Shown here: one piece after another, positions 1 to 12,050 of the stretch
Layout of the letters: each line of letters starts with the position of its first letter
Numbering within the stretch: position 1 is the stretch's first letter
NCBI RefSeq assembly: GCF_963676685.1
Contig: NC_092346.1
Location: 51,336,001 to 51,400,000 of the forward strand
Source of the DNA: Mytilus edulis
Taxonomy: Eukaryota
Length of the DNA: 64,000 nt
Direction: 5' to 3'
Position numbers and translations under genes: made by a program
The notes under the pieces: model-generated
The model's database searches: none
What the model was told of the DNA's origin: nothing
Seen by the model: only the letters and a program-made list of their open reading frames with translations

Positions 1-589
1 TAAAGGGCATCATTTTACAACACAATATGATTGGAAAAAGCAAAACAGAAAAACTAATACCATACTATAACGTTATGACCGTGATTTTTTTGGTAGTTTA
101 TGATGCAGAATGGAATGTTGCACTGTATACTACTCTGTCGAACATCTGTATTCAATAAATATTTCAGTACAGACAAGATCAGTGACAAAGTAAGCCACGT
201 GAACGTGGTCCCCTTTTCTTACATTGATCTGTTTTTAGTTTGTTTTCCGTCAATTCTTTCTATGACTGTGTTGAGTCTTACATTGGGAGTAGTTTCCTAA
301 AACAATAAACTGTGAACCAAAAAAAAAACCAGACTGGTTAATACCATATGTATACATCACGCAAACTATACAGCCAGGTTTGATGTTAAACTAGCTTTTT
401 CCTTCATTAAACCATGCGGTGGCTGTCAATTGATTATAAGACACTTTCTGTTTTAATAATGAGGTTAAAACCTAAAAAATGGCGAAAACACACAGCAATA
501 ATAATAAATTATACATATTTTTTTTAATTAGTTGTGTGTTTATAATCTGTATGTACATCTGATAAGAACTTTGATGTGTCTTTAAACAG

Positions 590-714
590 ATAATGCGGCA
601 ATCGAAAACTTTGCAAAGATGATGATTGATTTCGCTGTGCTTCGACTAGTAAACGAGTCACCGTATAGATTTGAATTTTATCAGATTGGCAATGTATGTA
701 CACTATTTCTATCT
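590..714 (+). CDS. Possible upstream coding exon of ZF-A (…NAAIENFAKMMIDFAVLRLVNESPYRFEFYQIGNVCTLFLS)
   Basis: Acceptor tttaaacag ends at 589, the frame is open, and the donor gtaagt at 715 is phase 0, matching the phase-0 start of the 957 exon. No homology support. Confidence 0.35.
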
Positions 715-956
715 GTAAGTGCTTTTGTTGATAGAGGTAACTTTGTCTAGTGCATTATTGTGTGTATTACCATTCTGTGTATAAATGATTGTTTTTTGCT
801 ATAAATACTATTCCATTCCAATATATCATATGCTGATTTCAGCATTATCGTTTGTTTTAAATCATTCAAAAATTTAGGACATTCCATTCAAAACGTAAAT
901 CATTGCCAGTTGGTAAGCCATTTATTGTAATTTTGTCACTTTTTAATTTTATACAG

Positions 957-2117
957 ATCAAAGAGAAAATCAGACAAAAGCAGTTTAATGACAAAGAAAA
1001 GAGAACGAAGTTAATAGCGATGGAAAATTTACAAGGTTTTTGTGAGATAAAACAAGAGCATACGAGTGCCACAGTTACAGTTCAACCAAATACTGAAACC
1101 TACATAATCAACCCTGATTTAATACAGACTAATGTTGAAGGTACTAAATTTGAACAAGACAATTGTTTCGCAGAATCTGTATTTAACATTACATCTGTAT
1201 CAGAATGTTATTCAACAGGCGCACAAGTTTCTCACTTTGGGGATTCGCCAAAGCTCATAAAGTTTGAGAAGGAAATTGACGATATCGTTACGGAAATTGG
1301 TGTTGAGATTGGTACAAATAAATCCAGTACTAAATGTAAAACTTGCTTGAAAGAGTTTTCAAATGTCAGTAATTTAAGAAGGCACATGAACACTCATAAA
1401 GGAAAATCAAGTGATGGTAAGAAATTTAAGTGCGAGATCTGCGGAAGAATTTTTGAAAAGAGATACCAACTTGTAAAACACAAAAAATCTCACATCGGTG
1501 ACGTTGTTAAAGATGATAAACAGTTAAAATATAAATGTGGAATATGTGGGAAACAGGAGTCGAATAAGAGAGAGTTTGAGGATCACATGAGAGTACATAC
1601 AGGCGAACGACCTTTTCAGTGTGACGTGTGTGATCTCTCCTTCAAACAGAAGAGTCATCTCAGACGACACAGTCGTGTTCACACTGGAGAATATTTACAC
1701 GAAGGAAGTTTTATACAATGTGATGTCTGTGGTCGAAATTTTGGCCAAAATCATCAGCTAGTTCGTCATATGAAATGCCACTACCCAGCTAAGAAAGAAT
1801 TTAAATGTGACCTTTGTTCAAAAGAGTTCAACGAAAAGCATCATCTGGTACGACATGCTCGGTTACATACTGGTGAAAAACCTTACACGTGTGAATTTTG
1901 TGGGCGTTGCTTTACTACTGACACTGGTTTGACTATTCACCGTAGACTTCATACAAATGAAAAACCTTACACGTGTAGTTTGTGTGACAAATCATATACA
2001 CAATCGACAGCCTTGAAGCTACACATGCTTGTGCATTCTGGGGAACCTCGTTATACGTGTACAGAATGCGGAGAGAAATTTGATAAACCAAGCCTTCTTA
2101 AAAACCACAAGCATTGA
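957..2117 (+). CDS. C2H2 zinc-finger protein, cluster member ZF-A (9 fingers, last one truncated); main coding exon
   Basis: Nine CxxC-x12-H motifs with TGERPF/TGEKPY linkers. Acceptor ttttatacag ends at 956 and there is an in-frame ATG at 1020. The ORF is open from the acceptor, so upstream coding exons are possible. AATAAA at ~2318. Confidence 0.93.
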   Translation: MKEKIRQKQFNDKEKRTKLIAMENLQGFCEIKQEHTSATVTVQPNTETYIINPDLIQTNVEGTKFEQDNCFAESVFNITSVSECYSTGAQVSHFGDSPKLIKFEKEIDDIVTEIGVEIGTNKSSTKCKTCLKEFSNVSNLRRHMNTHKGKSSDGKKFKCEICGRIFEKRYQLVKHKKSHIGDVVKDDKQLKYKCGICGKQESNKREFEDHMRVHTGERPFQCDVCDLSFKQKSHLRRHSRVHTGEYLHEGSFIQCDVCGRNFGQNHQLVRHMKCHYPAKKEFKCDLCSKEFNEKHHLVRHARLHTGEKPYTCEFCGRCFTTDTGLTIHRRLHTNEKPYTCSLCDKSYTQSTALKLHMLVHSGEPRYTCTECGEKFDKPSLLKNHKH

Positions 2118-3382
2118 ATTTTCAAATAGTGCATATACATGGGCATATTTATTATATGTTTTCTGTCGGAATCTGATATTTGGTATTTGCGTTGGTGACT
2201 CAGTAATGCTTTTAATTATGGTCGTTTTGATTTCAAGTATTTCGGTACTCCTGCTTTCTGTAAAAGACCGGACTTCACTTAACGTATTGATGGACAAATC
2301 TCCAGTATTAGTTTTTCAATAAAACAATTTATATTTCTTTTTGATTTTTTTAAAATGCCTTTCTGTGCATCAATAGATTTACTTCCCGACATTGTCCAAA
2401 TCCTTTATTGAGGTCCCTCAATATATGACAATTGTTCGTCATATTTGAGTCAATATTTGGCGGACGTAGACATGTTAGATCATACACACAAATTGATGAC
2501 AATTCAGAAAGGGCATTATAATGTAACTTTGATCAATATTATAAGCTGGTTCAGAATGCGTTCTGTTATATAGATATAGGAAGATGTGGTATGAGAGCCA
2601 ATGAGACAACTCTCCATCCAAGTAACAATTTATAAAAGTTAACCCATATAGGTCAAGGTACAGCCTTCAACACGGAGCTTTTGCTCACAACACCAAGCTA
2701 TAATGGGCCCAAAATTTACCAGTATAAAACCATTCGGGAAACCAACGGTCTAATCTATGTTTATATATTACTAGGTTTATCTGTTTCTTAAAAAATGCAT
2801 GTATTGGTAGTACTAGATCACTGCGATTGAAAGCTAGTCGCTCAAATGATATAATAAAGGTCGAGTTGGCATTTAAATTGAAATTTCAGTTATCTGAAAG
2901 TTAATCGAATATTCTCTTAACCATATATTTCAGAAACTTAGCATATAATTATACTACAGCAATAATGATGCATATAAACAAATATGAAAGCAGTTCATTT
3001 TCGCCACAAAAGCAGTACATTTATTCAATTGTGCATATGTGACAATTTAAATTATACGGGAGAGACGACTTTCAAAAATATATATAATAAACATTATAAA
3101 TCTTGCAGGTTATTCTTATACAAGTCAACAAACACAATAATATCACTTGATTCAGCATAACTAATAAAGTGTAAATCATACATAAAGTACTTGCATATTT
3201 TTTTTTTACAATAATGCAGTAAAAACTTTTTTCAGAAATAGCAAAGTTACAACCTAGAATCAAATGACACTCATCACCTCTTTCGTTTGAGTCACATGGA
3301 TTACAGTTTGTTACTTAGCTTGTGGTATTCCTCAGACGAAATACACATCATTTTAAAACCACTTCTATATGATTGAACACGC

Positions 3383-3601
3383 ATCTAATTAATTAACCAT
3401 CAATTGTAACAGAATAAAACAAGCTATTGGACACTAATTGAGAATTTTGACAGATCACTACTAAGAACATGAGTTATTTAAATATTGTATAAATCAGTCG
3501 ATAGTACACCAATTTATCATATATGAGTGAATTTGTGGTTTCATCTAGAGCTACTGTTGTATACTATAGTGGAAGATAGACATTTGTAACATAAAGTAAG
3601 T
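3383..3601 (+). promoter_or_regulatory. Putative promoter and non-coding first exon of ZF-B (donor gtaagt at 3596)
   Basis: Collinear similarity to 13604-13820 upstream of ZF-C. Contains TAATTAATTAA, an Inr-like TCAGTC (3494) and a conserved donor. Confidence 0.6.
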
Positions 3602-4383
3602 AAACCAAGTTATGGAAACAAGAATAAGAGACATAAAAAGGGGGGGGGGATTAAAAACCCATCTTTGTTTTATTTTTTTTAATTATCTAATATTGATTGT
3701 ATTTAATACTTCCATTACTAAAGTTCTCATATCTTAATCACAATGACTTTGATTACCAAAGTGGCCAGCAAGTTGATAGATTCTTGATTGTAAGGATGCA
3801 CTCCCCGTTCAGTAACGGATCTGGAACTTTTTGTAAGGGGGCCCACTGACTGACAAGGGGGCTCCAGTCATGATTCAGTTATTCCCTATATAATCAACCA
3901 AATCCACCTCCCCATGGATCTGCCTATGCCGTCTAGTATAATGTTTTGTGCTCGAATTTAAAAAGTTTAAAAAAAAAAAGAAGATATAAGATCTATGTAT
4001 TTACAAGAGCCACATAGTTTAGTACTCAATCTCGTTATAATTATAGTATATGTTCATATGCTTCGACGAGCACGCGAGTTTTATTGGATCTGTATTTGAT
4101 CACTTTACAATATTAAAACTTTTATTAGTTTATTATCACAGAAGAAATATACTGCTCACACAAAAAATAGAGACAATAAAAAATCTGCCATCAACACACA
4201 ATTATACCGGATTCTTGACGGACGACGAGCATATTAATTATAAATTTAAGTGGCCAGATTTTCTTGCTGCATTGAAGACCCATTGGTGGTCTTCGGCTGT
4301 TGGTCGGATTGCTGTCGTTTTTACATATTTCTCATTTCCAGTCTGATTATTTATTATTTTGCTATTTTTGTTACAGGAAGATC

Positions 4384-5454
4384 ATGACGATCAAGACAGA
4401 CGATGACAGTTTCTTTATAAAAGATCCAGAGTATAATGACATAACAGGAGAAATAGAAGACGAAATAAACGTAACTGAAGAAAGTGTGAGATTATTTTAT
4501 AAAATGAAAGAAGAATATACAAGTGCATTAAATCCAGTATTTACAGTTCAAGAGATTGAAATTTATAACACTGTTTATAAACCTGTTCAAATTAATAATA
4601 TATCCTCCCTGCCACACGATGTTGAAAATTCTCAGAAAGAACGAAAATTGATCAAAAAAAAACCTTCGGAATGCCAAATTTGCTTCAAAACCTTTTCAAC
4701 TAACGGGAATTTAAAAAAGCATATTGATATACACACAGGAGATGCTATTCACAAAAGGAAATTTCAATGTGATATTTGTGGAAAAAGTTTTGGGAGGAAA
4801 TACCGACTAGTTAACCATGTAAGATCTCACAACGGCGATGGTACTTACGAAGATAAAAAGTTCAAGTTTGAATGTATAGTGTGTGGAAAGCTTGTGAAGG
4901 AAAAGAGGGAGTTTGAGGATCACATGAGAGTCCATACAGGCGAAAGACCTTTTCAGTGTGATCTGTGCCACCTCTCATTCAAACAAAGGAGTTCTCTCAG
5001 ACGACACAGTAGTGTTCACACTGGAGAATTGTCACACAAATGTGAAGTCTGTGAGCGATGTTTTGGACAAAGCCAACATTTAACTCGCCATATGAAATGT
5101 CACAACCCGTCAGCTACGAGAGAATACAAATGCGACCTCTGTCCAAAAGAATTCACCGAAAAGCATCATCTCTTACGACACGCTCGCTTACATACTGGTG
5201 AGAAACCTTATAAGTGTGAATTTTGCGATAAACAATTTACTTTTCACACCTCTTATACTAGTCATCGGAGAATTCACACCAATGAAAAGCCATACGAATG
5301 CAGTATCTGTGATAAATCATTTACCCAATTGTCAGGATTGAAACTGCATATGCATGTGCACTCTGGAGAACCTCGGTATCAGTGTAAAGAATGTGGCGAA
5401 ACGTTTGGCAGACACAGTAATCTTAAAAAGCACAGACTAGAACTCCATCATTGA
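4384..5454 (+). CDS. C2H2 zinc-finger protein ZF-B (9 fingers)
   Basis: Acceptor tttttgttacag ends at 4376. The ATG at 4384 (MTIKTDDD) matches the start of the paralogue at 14917. Nine C2H2 motifs; ATTAAA at 5560. Confidence 0.95.
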   Translation: MTIKTDDDSFFIKDPEYNDITGEIEDEINVTEESVRLFYKMKEEYTSALNPVFTVQEIEIYNTVYKPVQINNISSLPHDVENSQKERKLIKKKPSECQICFKTFSTNGNLKKHIDIHTGDAIHKRKFQCDICGKSFGRKYRLVNHVRSHNGDGTYEDKKFKFECIVCGKLVKEKREFEDHMRVHTGERPFQCDLCHLSFKQRSSLRRHSSVHTGELSHKCEVCERCFGQSQHLTRHMKCHNPSATREYKCDLCPKEFTEKHHLLRHARLHTGEKPYKCEFCDKQFTFHTSYTSHRRIHTNEKPYECSICDKSFTQLSGLKLHMHVHSGEPRYQCKECGETFGRHSNLKKHRLELHH

Positions 5455-5727
5455 AAATGTATATACATGTTCCATAATTTGTTCCACTCATGAATGTTAA
5501 TACTATTGTCATTACTTTGTCACCTATATGATAAATATAGTTTGTGATTTTCAATATTTATTAAAGCTGTTATCATTTCAAGTTCCTTTTTTTTTTGTCA
5601 TCATGATATCTGCTTGGTTTAGTTTTAGCATATTTAATCTCCAATATGACTAATGAACTAGATAGAAAAATAACGTCTACTTCAAAACATACGTAAATAA
5701 ACACACAAATGAACGCATAGATATAAG

Positions 5728-6120
5728 AAGGTGTAATGTGACTTCCAATGAGACAACTCTCCATTCAAGTCACAATATTTAAAAGTAAACCATTACAGGT
5801 CAAAGTACGGACTTCGATTCGGAGTCTTGGTTAACACCGAACACCAAGCTACAAAGGACCCTACAATTTACTCATGTACAAGTGTAAAACTTTTCAAAAG
5901 AGAAAACTAACGATCTTATCTATATAATAAACGAGAAACGAGAAAAACTTATGTACCACACCAACAAACAACCACACCTGAACATCAAGTTCCGGACTTA
6001 GGACAGGTGCAAATAAATGCAGCGGGTTTTAACATTTTAATAGGTACCAACCTTCACTCTTACCTGAAACAACTATGTAACACCACAACACAGAAAGACA
6101 CACTATAAAATATCAATTGA
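5728..6120 (-). mobile_element. SINE-like repeat (aatgagacaactctcc 3' family); fragments also at ~2575-2760, ~32480-32700, ~50040-50175, ~56080-56165
   Basis: Shared aagatgtgg…ccaatgagacaactctcc terminus in several dispersed copies in both orientations. Confidence 0.65.
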
Positions 6121-7182
6121 AATGTATCTGACACTAACCAATTTTTAAAGCAGGAAGATATAAACATATATAAGAAATTTGATGACACGAAGTAATGTAC
6201 TTCAAGAACAAATCGAATGCGACTTATTGTAGAATAAGCAACAAACAAACACACCTAGCTGTGTAATATGATGACTTGTGTTTGTATATACACGAACCAA
6301 GTCATAGAAATAATTTGTTTAGGAAATTAACGATGGGATATATATATGATAATTGCTTTGATTACTCTTGCTAAGACTTTCGATTCACGAAGGAACCGCG
6401 AAAACGAAGTCAATGGCAGGTGAATTCGGCTGGTAGGACATTCCCACCTCGCAGTCATTCCGTATAAAACATGTAACATATTCACATTGTACACGACATA
6501 TACACCAAACATTGTTGGCATTTTGCTTAATTTATCCGAAAAAACGGATTTTGCTATGATTCGATAAGTTAAGCGAGACACGTTTAAATAAAATCTGCAT
6601 TGTATTAGACTGGCAATGTACAACACTTCCATCTTTCCATCTGTAATTGGGTTTTAACTATGCTTTAAAAAGGTACATATACATTACTGTAGTGTATCAA
6701 GTATATCATTGCATAGAGAGAGCACTGTTGTTTTTATTTGGTTGTATTTATCAATATATCTAATCATTCAGCAATATAGGACCATTCGTCTATAATGAGC
6801 ATCACTGCAAATTTGGTCTTTCCTTTGTAATTTCGCGAGATAAACAGATAAAACTTTTTTTTCTAAAACAGTGGTAGTTCAGTGACGGGAGAAAGTATGA
6901 AGGTGCGTTTGGGTCATAATTCATTTTGTTACACATTCGCTAAGAGGTACACATAACAGGTCGTTCACGAACTCTGGAAGTACACGTAGCAATTTATTCA
7001 TGTACCCTAGAGGTACACGTAACACCTTTTTCATGTACCATAGCGTTACGCGCAACTATGTGTTCATGTATTCTAGAGGTACACGTAACTTTTTGTTCAC
7101 ATACATTAGAGTTACGTGTAACCATTTGTTCGCGTACTCTAGAGGTACACGTAACTTTTTGTTCACATACACTAGAGTTATT

Positions 7183-10100
7183 GTGCTTGTCACTCTCGCT
7201 TTCAGCATTCATCACTGGCTAGCAGCTTGCTGTGAAAAGGAGAGCCGAGTGCGTAAGTCTTTCCTGCCAGTTACAGCCTCTCATGCAGTAAGACCTATGT
7301 GGCCCAGATATGGGATCCTCCACGAGGTGATAGATGGAAACTGGGCACCTCACGGCTCCAGGCAAAACCACAAGGTCTCGGAGGAGGTTTGGCCCCTAGA
7401 TGCAAGGCATGCTAGGCCCACCGGTGAGTGGATATGCCCTGGTGCCTGCAAACCAAACCCCCAGCTATGGGTAAATAGTCCCACTGCCTTGTGGGTGACT
7501 GTGGAAAGTCAAAGGCTATGGGAGACAACCCAGAAAGAAATCCGGACAGATGCAATCCGTTAGCATGGTAATGCAATCATCTACGGGAAGGACTACCCAT
7601 AGAGAAAACCCGGCCCACCAGAGTGGAGGTTGGACGTTGGGCTAACTACCCAACTTCGTACCAAGAATGGTGTACTGCTGAGGAACCAAACATGACACAT
7701 TTGGGGGAAAGCCGAAAGGAAGCTCAAAAGCCGATCGGTTCCATAGTAGCGCCAAAACAAAATATGTATATAGGATGTTGGAATGTTAGAACAATGGCAG
7801 ACATATCAAAAGCAGCACAAGTAGCGAAGGAAATGAAAAATTATGGTATGGACATACTAGGTATCAGTGAGAGTAGATGGAAAGGATCGGGTGAAACCAA
7901 GCTTCAAAGTGGAGACACGGTGATATATGTCGGGGATGATGAACATCAAGTCAAGGGAGTAGCCATAATGATGAATGAAAGAGCTAAGAAAGCATTGATG
8001 GAATGGACACCTATTAACAAGAGAATGATGAAAGCAAGATTCTATTCAAAGTATAAGAAACTGACAGTTATACAAGCATATGCTCCAACAAATGATGCAA
8101 AAGAGGAAGAGAAAGAAGAATTTTACCAACAACTACAAGACAATGTTTCATCCTGCAATAAGAATGATATGCTTATAGTTATGGGTGACCTGAACGCAAA
8201 AATAGGCAAAGACAATAGCCATATGCAAGAGGTGTTAGGAAAACATGGAAGTGGGACAATAAATGAAAATGGTGAATTATTATGCAATTTCTGCCAAATC
8301 AACGGCCTCCCCATAACAGGCTCCATTTTCCCACATAAGGAAATACATAAAGTAACATGGAAATCCCCTGATGGAAAAACAACAAACCAGATAGATCATA
8401 TAATGGTACGAGGGGACATGAGGACATCAATATTAGATACAAGAGTAATGAGAAGAGCAGATGTGTATACTGACCACTACTTAGTAAGGTCAAAGATCAG
8501 ACTCAAACTGGCAAGAAATAAAGGTTATAAGAACAAATGCAAAAGAGAGAGATATGACCTAAACAAGCTAAAAAGTATGGATGTAAGGAAAAAGTACAAC
8601 ATTGAAGTGAGAAACAGATTCCAAGTACTGGAAGAAGGTAACATAGAAGATCCAGTGTTGAAATATGAAGGTGCAGTAGAGATATACACTGAGGCAGCTA
8701 AACAGGTATTGGGGAGCAGTAAAAAGATCAGTAAACCATGGATAACCAACAATACATGGAAAATGGTTGATGAAAGAAAAGAAATTAAAAATAAATTAGA
8801 AGGAACTAGATCGGAAAGATTAAAAGTGAGACTCAACGAAGAATACAAGCAGAAAAATAAAGGGGTTAAGAAAAGTGCCCGAGAGGATAAAAGGAAGTGG
8901 TACAATATGATGGCTGAAGATGCAGAAAAAGCAGCAGAAAATGGCAGAAGCAAAGAGCTTTATATCATCACTAAAATCCTAACAGGTGAAAGAAAGAGGC
9001 AACACACAGGAGTAAAAAGTAAAGAAGGAGAACTGAAAAGTGAAAGAAATGATATATTGAATAGATGGGTAGAACATTTTAGTGAAGTTTTAAATAGGCA
9101 AGACCCTCTTCGTCCAATTTCAGAGGAAGATGTAGATATGGCCGAAATTATAATAGACGAGATCGATCTAGGAGAATGGACAGTAGATTAAGTTAAAAGA
9201 GCACTGAAGAAGACGCAAAATGGGAAGTCAGCAGGAACAGACAGTGTAACACCAGAGCTTATAAAGGCAGACATCGACCTTACAGCAGAGAAAATGGCAG
9301 AAATATTTAATAGCCTATGGGAAGAAGAAAATTGGCCATCAGACTGGAGAAAGGGATTGATTTGTAAGATCTTTAAGAAGGGCGATATGACAGATTGCAA
9401 CAACTGGAGGGGAGTGACGCTTTTACCTGTTTTCAGTAAAGTATTCTGCAGAATGCTAATAGAAAGAATAAAAGAAGGAATAGGCAAGAGATTGAGGAAT
9501 GAGCAGGCAGGATTTAGACCAAAAAGAGGAACAACTGAACAAATGTTTATCCTTCGAAACATACTCGAGCAAACAAATGAATGGAGGGCAGCTTTAATAA
9601 TACTTTTTATAGACTTCGAAAAAGCATTTGACTCAGTCCACCGAGAGAGTCTATGGTATATCATGAAGAGCTACGGAATACCTGACAAGATCATAAGAAC
9701 CATAAAGGAGATATATAAAGGATTTAAGTTCTGGATCATGCGGAAAACAACTGCAGACAAAGCCAGAGGGATACGATGGAACTTTAATACTGTTCTAGAA
9801 GATCTTGACTTTGCTGACGACATCGCACTTCTTTCCTCAAAATTTAGCGACCTTGATGAAAAAACACAGAAATTAACAACTGAAGCTGAAAGAGTTGGAA
9901 TGAAACTTAACCCCAAAAAGTGTAAAACTCTGAGATCAAAGCAAACAAAGAATAAAGAGTTGATAACACTATACGACCAGAAAGTAGAAGATGTAGACAA
10001 GTTCACATACCTTGGAGCAGTCATGGACAAAGAGGGAGGAGGAAGTTGTGACATCAAAAACAGAATACAGAAAGCAAGAGGGACATTCCATCGCCTAAGA

Positions 10101-10608
10101 AATATATGGTATGCAAGAGGAATTGGCCGAAAAACAAAAATACACCTATATAAATCATTAGGTAGACCTGTATTATTGTATGGATGGGAAACATGGAAAC
10201 TAACAAACATTGAAGAAAAGAAACTAAATACTGTAGAACACCAATGCCTAAGAAAGATCCTAAATATAAGATGGCAAAGTAAAACATCAAACAAAACAGT
10301 AAACGAAATAGCTAACACCAGAAACATCAGTTGTGAAATCAGAAGGAGACGTTGGACATGGATAGGACATATTTTAAGGCGTGAAAGAGACAACAACAGC
10401 TATGTAGCTCTACAATGGGCACCTGAAGGGAAAAGAACTATAGGAAGGCCAAAAACTACATGGAGAAGAACAACAGAGAGAGAAAGGAACCAACAAGGAT
10501 GGACAAGTTGGAATGTAGCCAGAACAGCGGCAAAAGATAGAAAAGGGTGGAAAAGCAGCGTGGAGGCCTTATGCGACTTCTGGCGCGGAGAGAATTAATG
10601 TTAAGGTA
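7183..10608 (+). mobile_element. Full-length RTE-clade non-LTR retrotransposon (single APE-RT ORF), inactivated
   Basis: 9-bp TSD agagttatt at 7174-7182 and 10609-10617. About 510 bp of 5' UTR. APE motifs (GCWNVRT, GISESRW, QAYAPT, GDLNAK, IDHI, TDH) and RT motifs (QAGFR, DFEKAFD, FADD). C-terminal WIGHILR…GRPKTTW; short taagg-like tail. Confidence 0.95.
7692..10598 (+). pseudogene. RTE endonuclease-reverse transcriptase ORF with a premature stop and an internal deletion
   Basis: Track ORFs 7623-9191 and 9294-10598 are in the same frame, split by TAA at 9189 (likely GAA>TAA in TVDEVKRALKK). The GVxQG RT motif is missing at ~9728 (IYKGFK|FWIMRK). Confidence 0.9.
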
Positions 10609-10865
10609 AGAGTTATTCGCGTACTCTTGAGGTACACGTAACTACTTGTTCGCATACTTAGAACAACCTTTATACCCTATGCAAAATTAACTCGTCTGCT
10701 GTAAAATATTTAAGTAACCATGAAAACATTAATTACCTTTTTAAAAATATTAAAACTCGATTAAATTTATTGATTTAAACCAAAATTTATATTTAACAAG
10801 AATTTTGGTAATCATATTGTGTACATGGAAACCGTATTTTTCGTTTTGTTACATCAGTTGTTGCC

Positions 10866-11449
10866 AAAGGAGTAGGTTCAGTAAGACCCCTTTTTGGCCC
10901 CACAATTAAGCAGTTTTGCAAAATTGTCAAAATGTAATCTTTTAGCTATTTTTTGGAAAGTAGAATGCTTCTGCTACATAAATATGTGCTGTTTTTGACA
11001 ATACAATGCACATATATTGTGTACTAGCATCATAAAGTCATGCTAAATTACTGAAATCTTCACAATTATAGCATTTTAGTTAAATTTTAGACGGTTTCCG
11101 TCTTTAATGAAAGTGGCCGCATTCGTGTTCATTCATAATATTGAAATGTAAGTTGTATTTGATGATAATACATAACATATATAAAGGTTGAGGATGAACA
11201 CGGATGCGGCCACTTTCATTTTTGACGAAAACCATCTGAAAAGTGACGTTTTTTGGCATATTTGATAGATTTTTCATATTTAAGCTTCAATCGGAGCGTT
11301 TTTAATGACTGAATCAGTTAAAATCTTTAGCATAAACTAATCGAATCATTTAAAATAGACACTTAAGTGTTTAAAAAGTGTCCTAAATATCTCGTTAGAT
11401 GAAACTGATATTTGGGGCCAAAATCGGTCCTTACCGGACCTACTCCTTT
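10866..11449. mobile_element. MITE, ~580 bp, TIR aaaggagtaggt…
   Basis: Ends aaaggagtaggttcagtaagacc and ggtccttaccggacctactccttt are inverted repeats; a second copy starts at 12051. Confidence 0.85.
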
Positions 11450-12050
11450 CAAGCAGTTTTTACAGAGTTATCTTCCGTATTCAATACACGTTCTAAAATG
11501 ATATAATTAATTTCTTTCATTTATAATTTTAGACATCTGCATTTAGTTCACGGTGGGTTTTTTTAACTTTGTCAATACTTATAACTTATAAAAATGTATT
11601 CTTCTGTTGCAAGTAGTTGAATATGGGGGATGATGAAATTGTGCTGACAAAGATAATCCACTTTTCAAAGAAAGGGATGAAAGGTTTTCTGTTGCAGTTA
11701 GCGGCAAGAAAAAACAGTTACGCGAACCTCCAGAGTACGTGAATAAACAATTGCGCGATTGCCAAATCTCATGGAAACGTGAACAAACAGTTACGTGCAC
11801 CTCTATAGAAACGGTTATTGTTTGTTCACGCATTTACTGTTACGTGTACCTCTATATACTATAGGATACGTGAACAAGGTGTTACGTATAACTCTAGATA
11901 ACTCAAGGGGAGGGGGTCGTGAATAAAGTGTTACATGTAACTCTTTGATATATGAGCGACCTGTTACCTACGTGTAACAAAATGAATTATAAGCCGAACG
12001 GCCCTTCATCGAAAGGTGAATGGAGTAGATGAAAATATACAGTAGATGGA

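Larger units (their letters stand above)
6897..12009. mobile_element. Non-autonomous foldback/TIR DNA transposon with subterminal tandem repeats; host of nested insertions
   Basis: Left end atgaaggtgcgtttgggtcataattcattttgttacac is the approximate reverse complement of right end gtgtaacaaaatgaattataagccgaacggcccttcat. agaggtacacgtaac repeats run forward in the left arm and inverted in the right arm. Confidence 0.8.

Noticed and set aside
100-300. Possible further upstream exon of ZF-A (donor-like gtaagc at ~190)
   Set aside because: Its phase is incompatible with the 590-714 candidate exon and there is no homology evidence.
4300-4383. ORF-track N-terminal extensions of ZF-B (also 903-956 and 24871-24906)
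   Set aside because: They use non-ATG starts and run through polypyrimidine tracts and acceptors, so they are intronic.
7000-7563. 187-aa ORF as a possible RTE ORF1
   Set aside because: It starts in the host foldback repeats and crosses the TSD junction at 7182/7183, so it is chimeric and has no recognisable domain.
8123-10396. Minus-strand ORFs of 64-241 aa
   Set aside because: Antisense shadows of the purine-rich RTE ORF.
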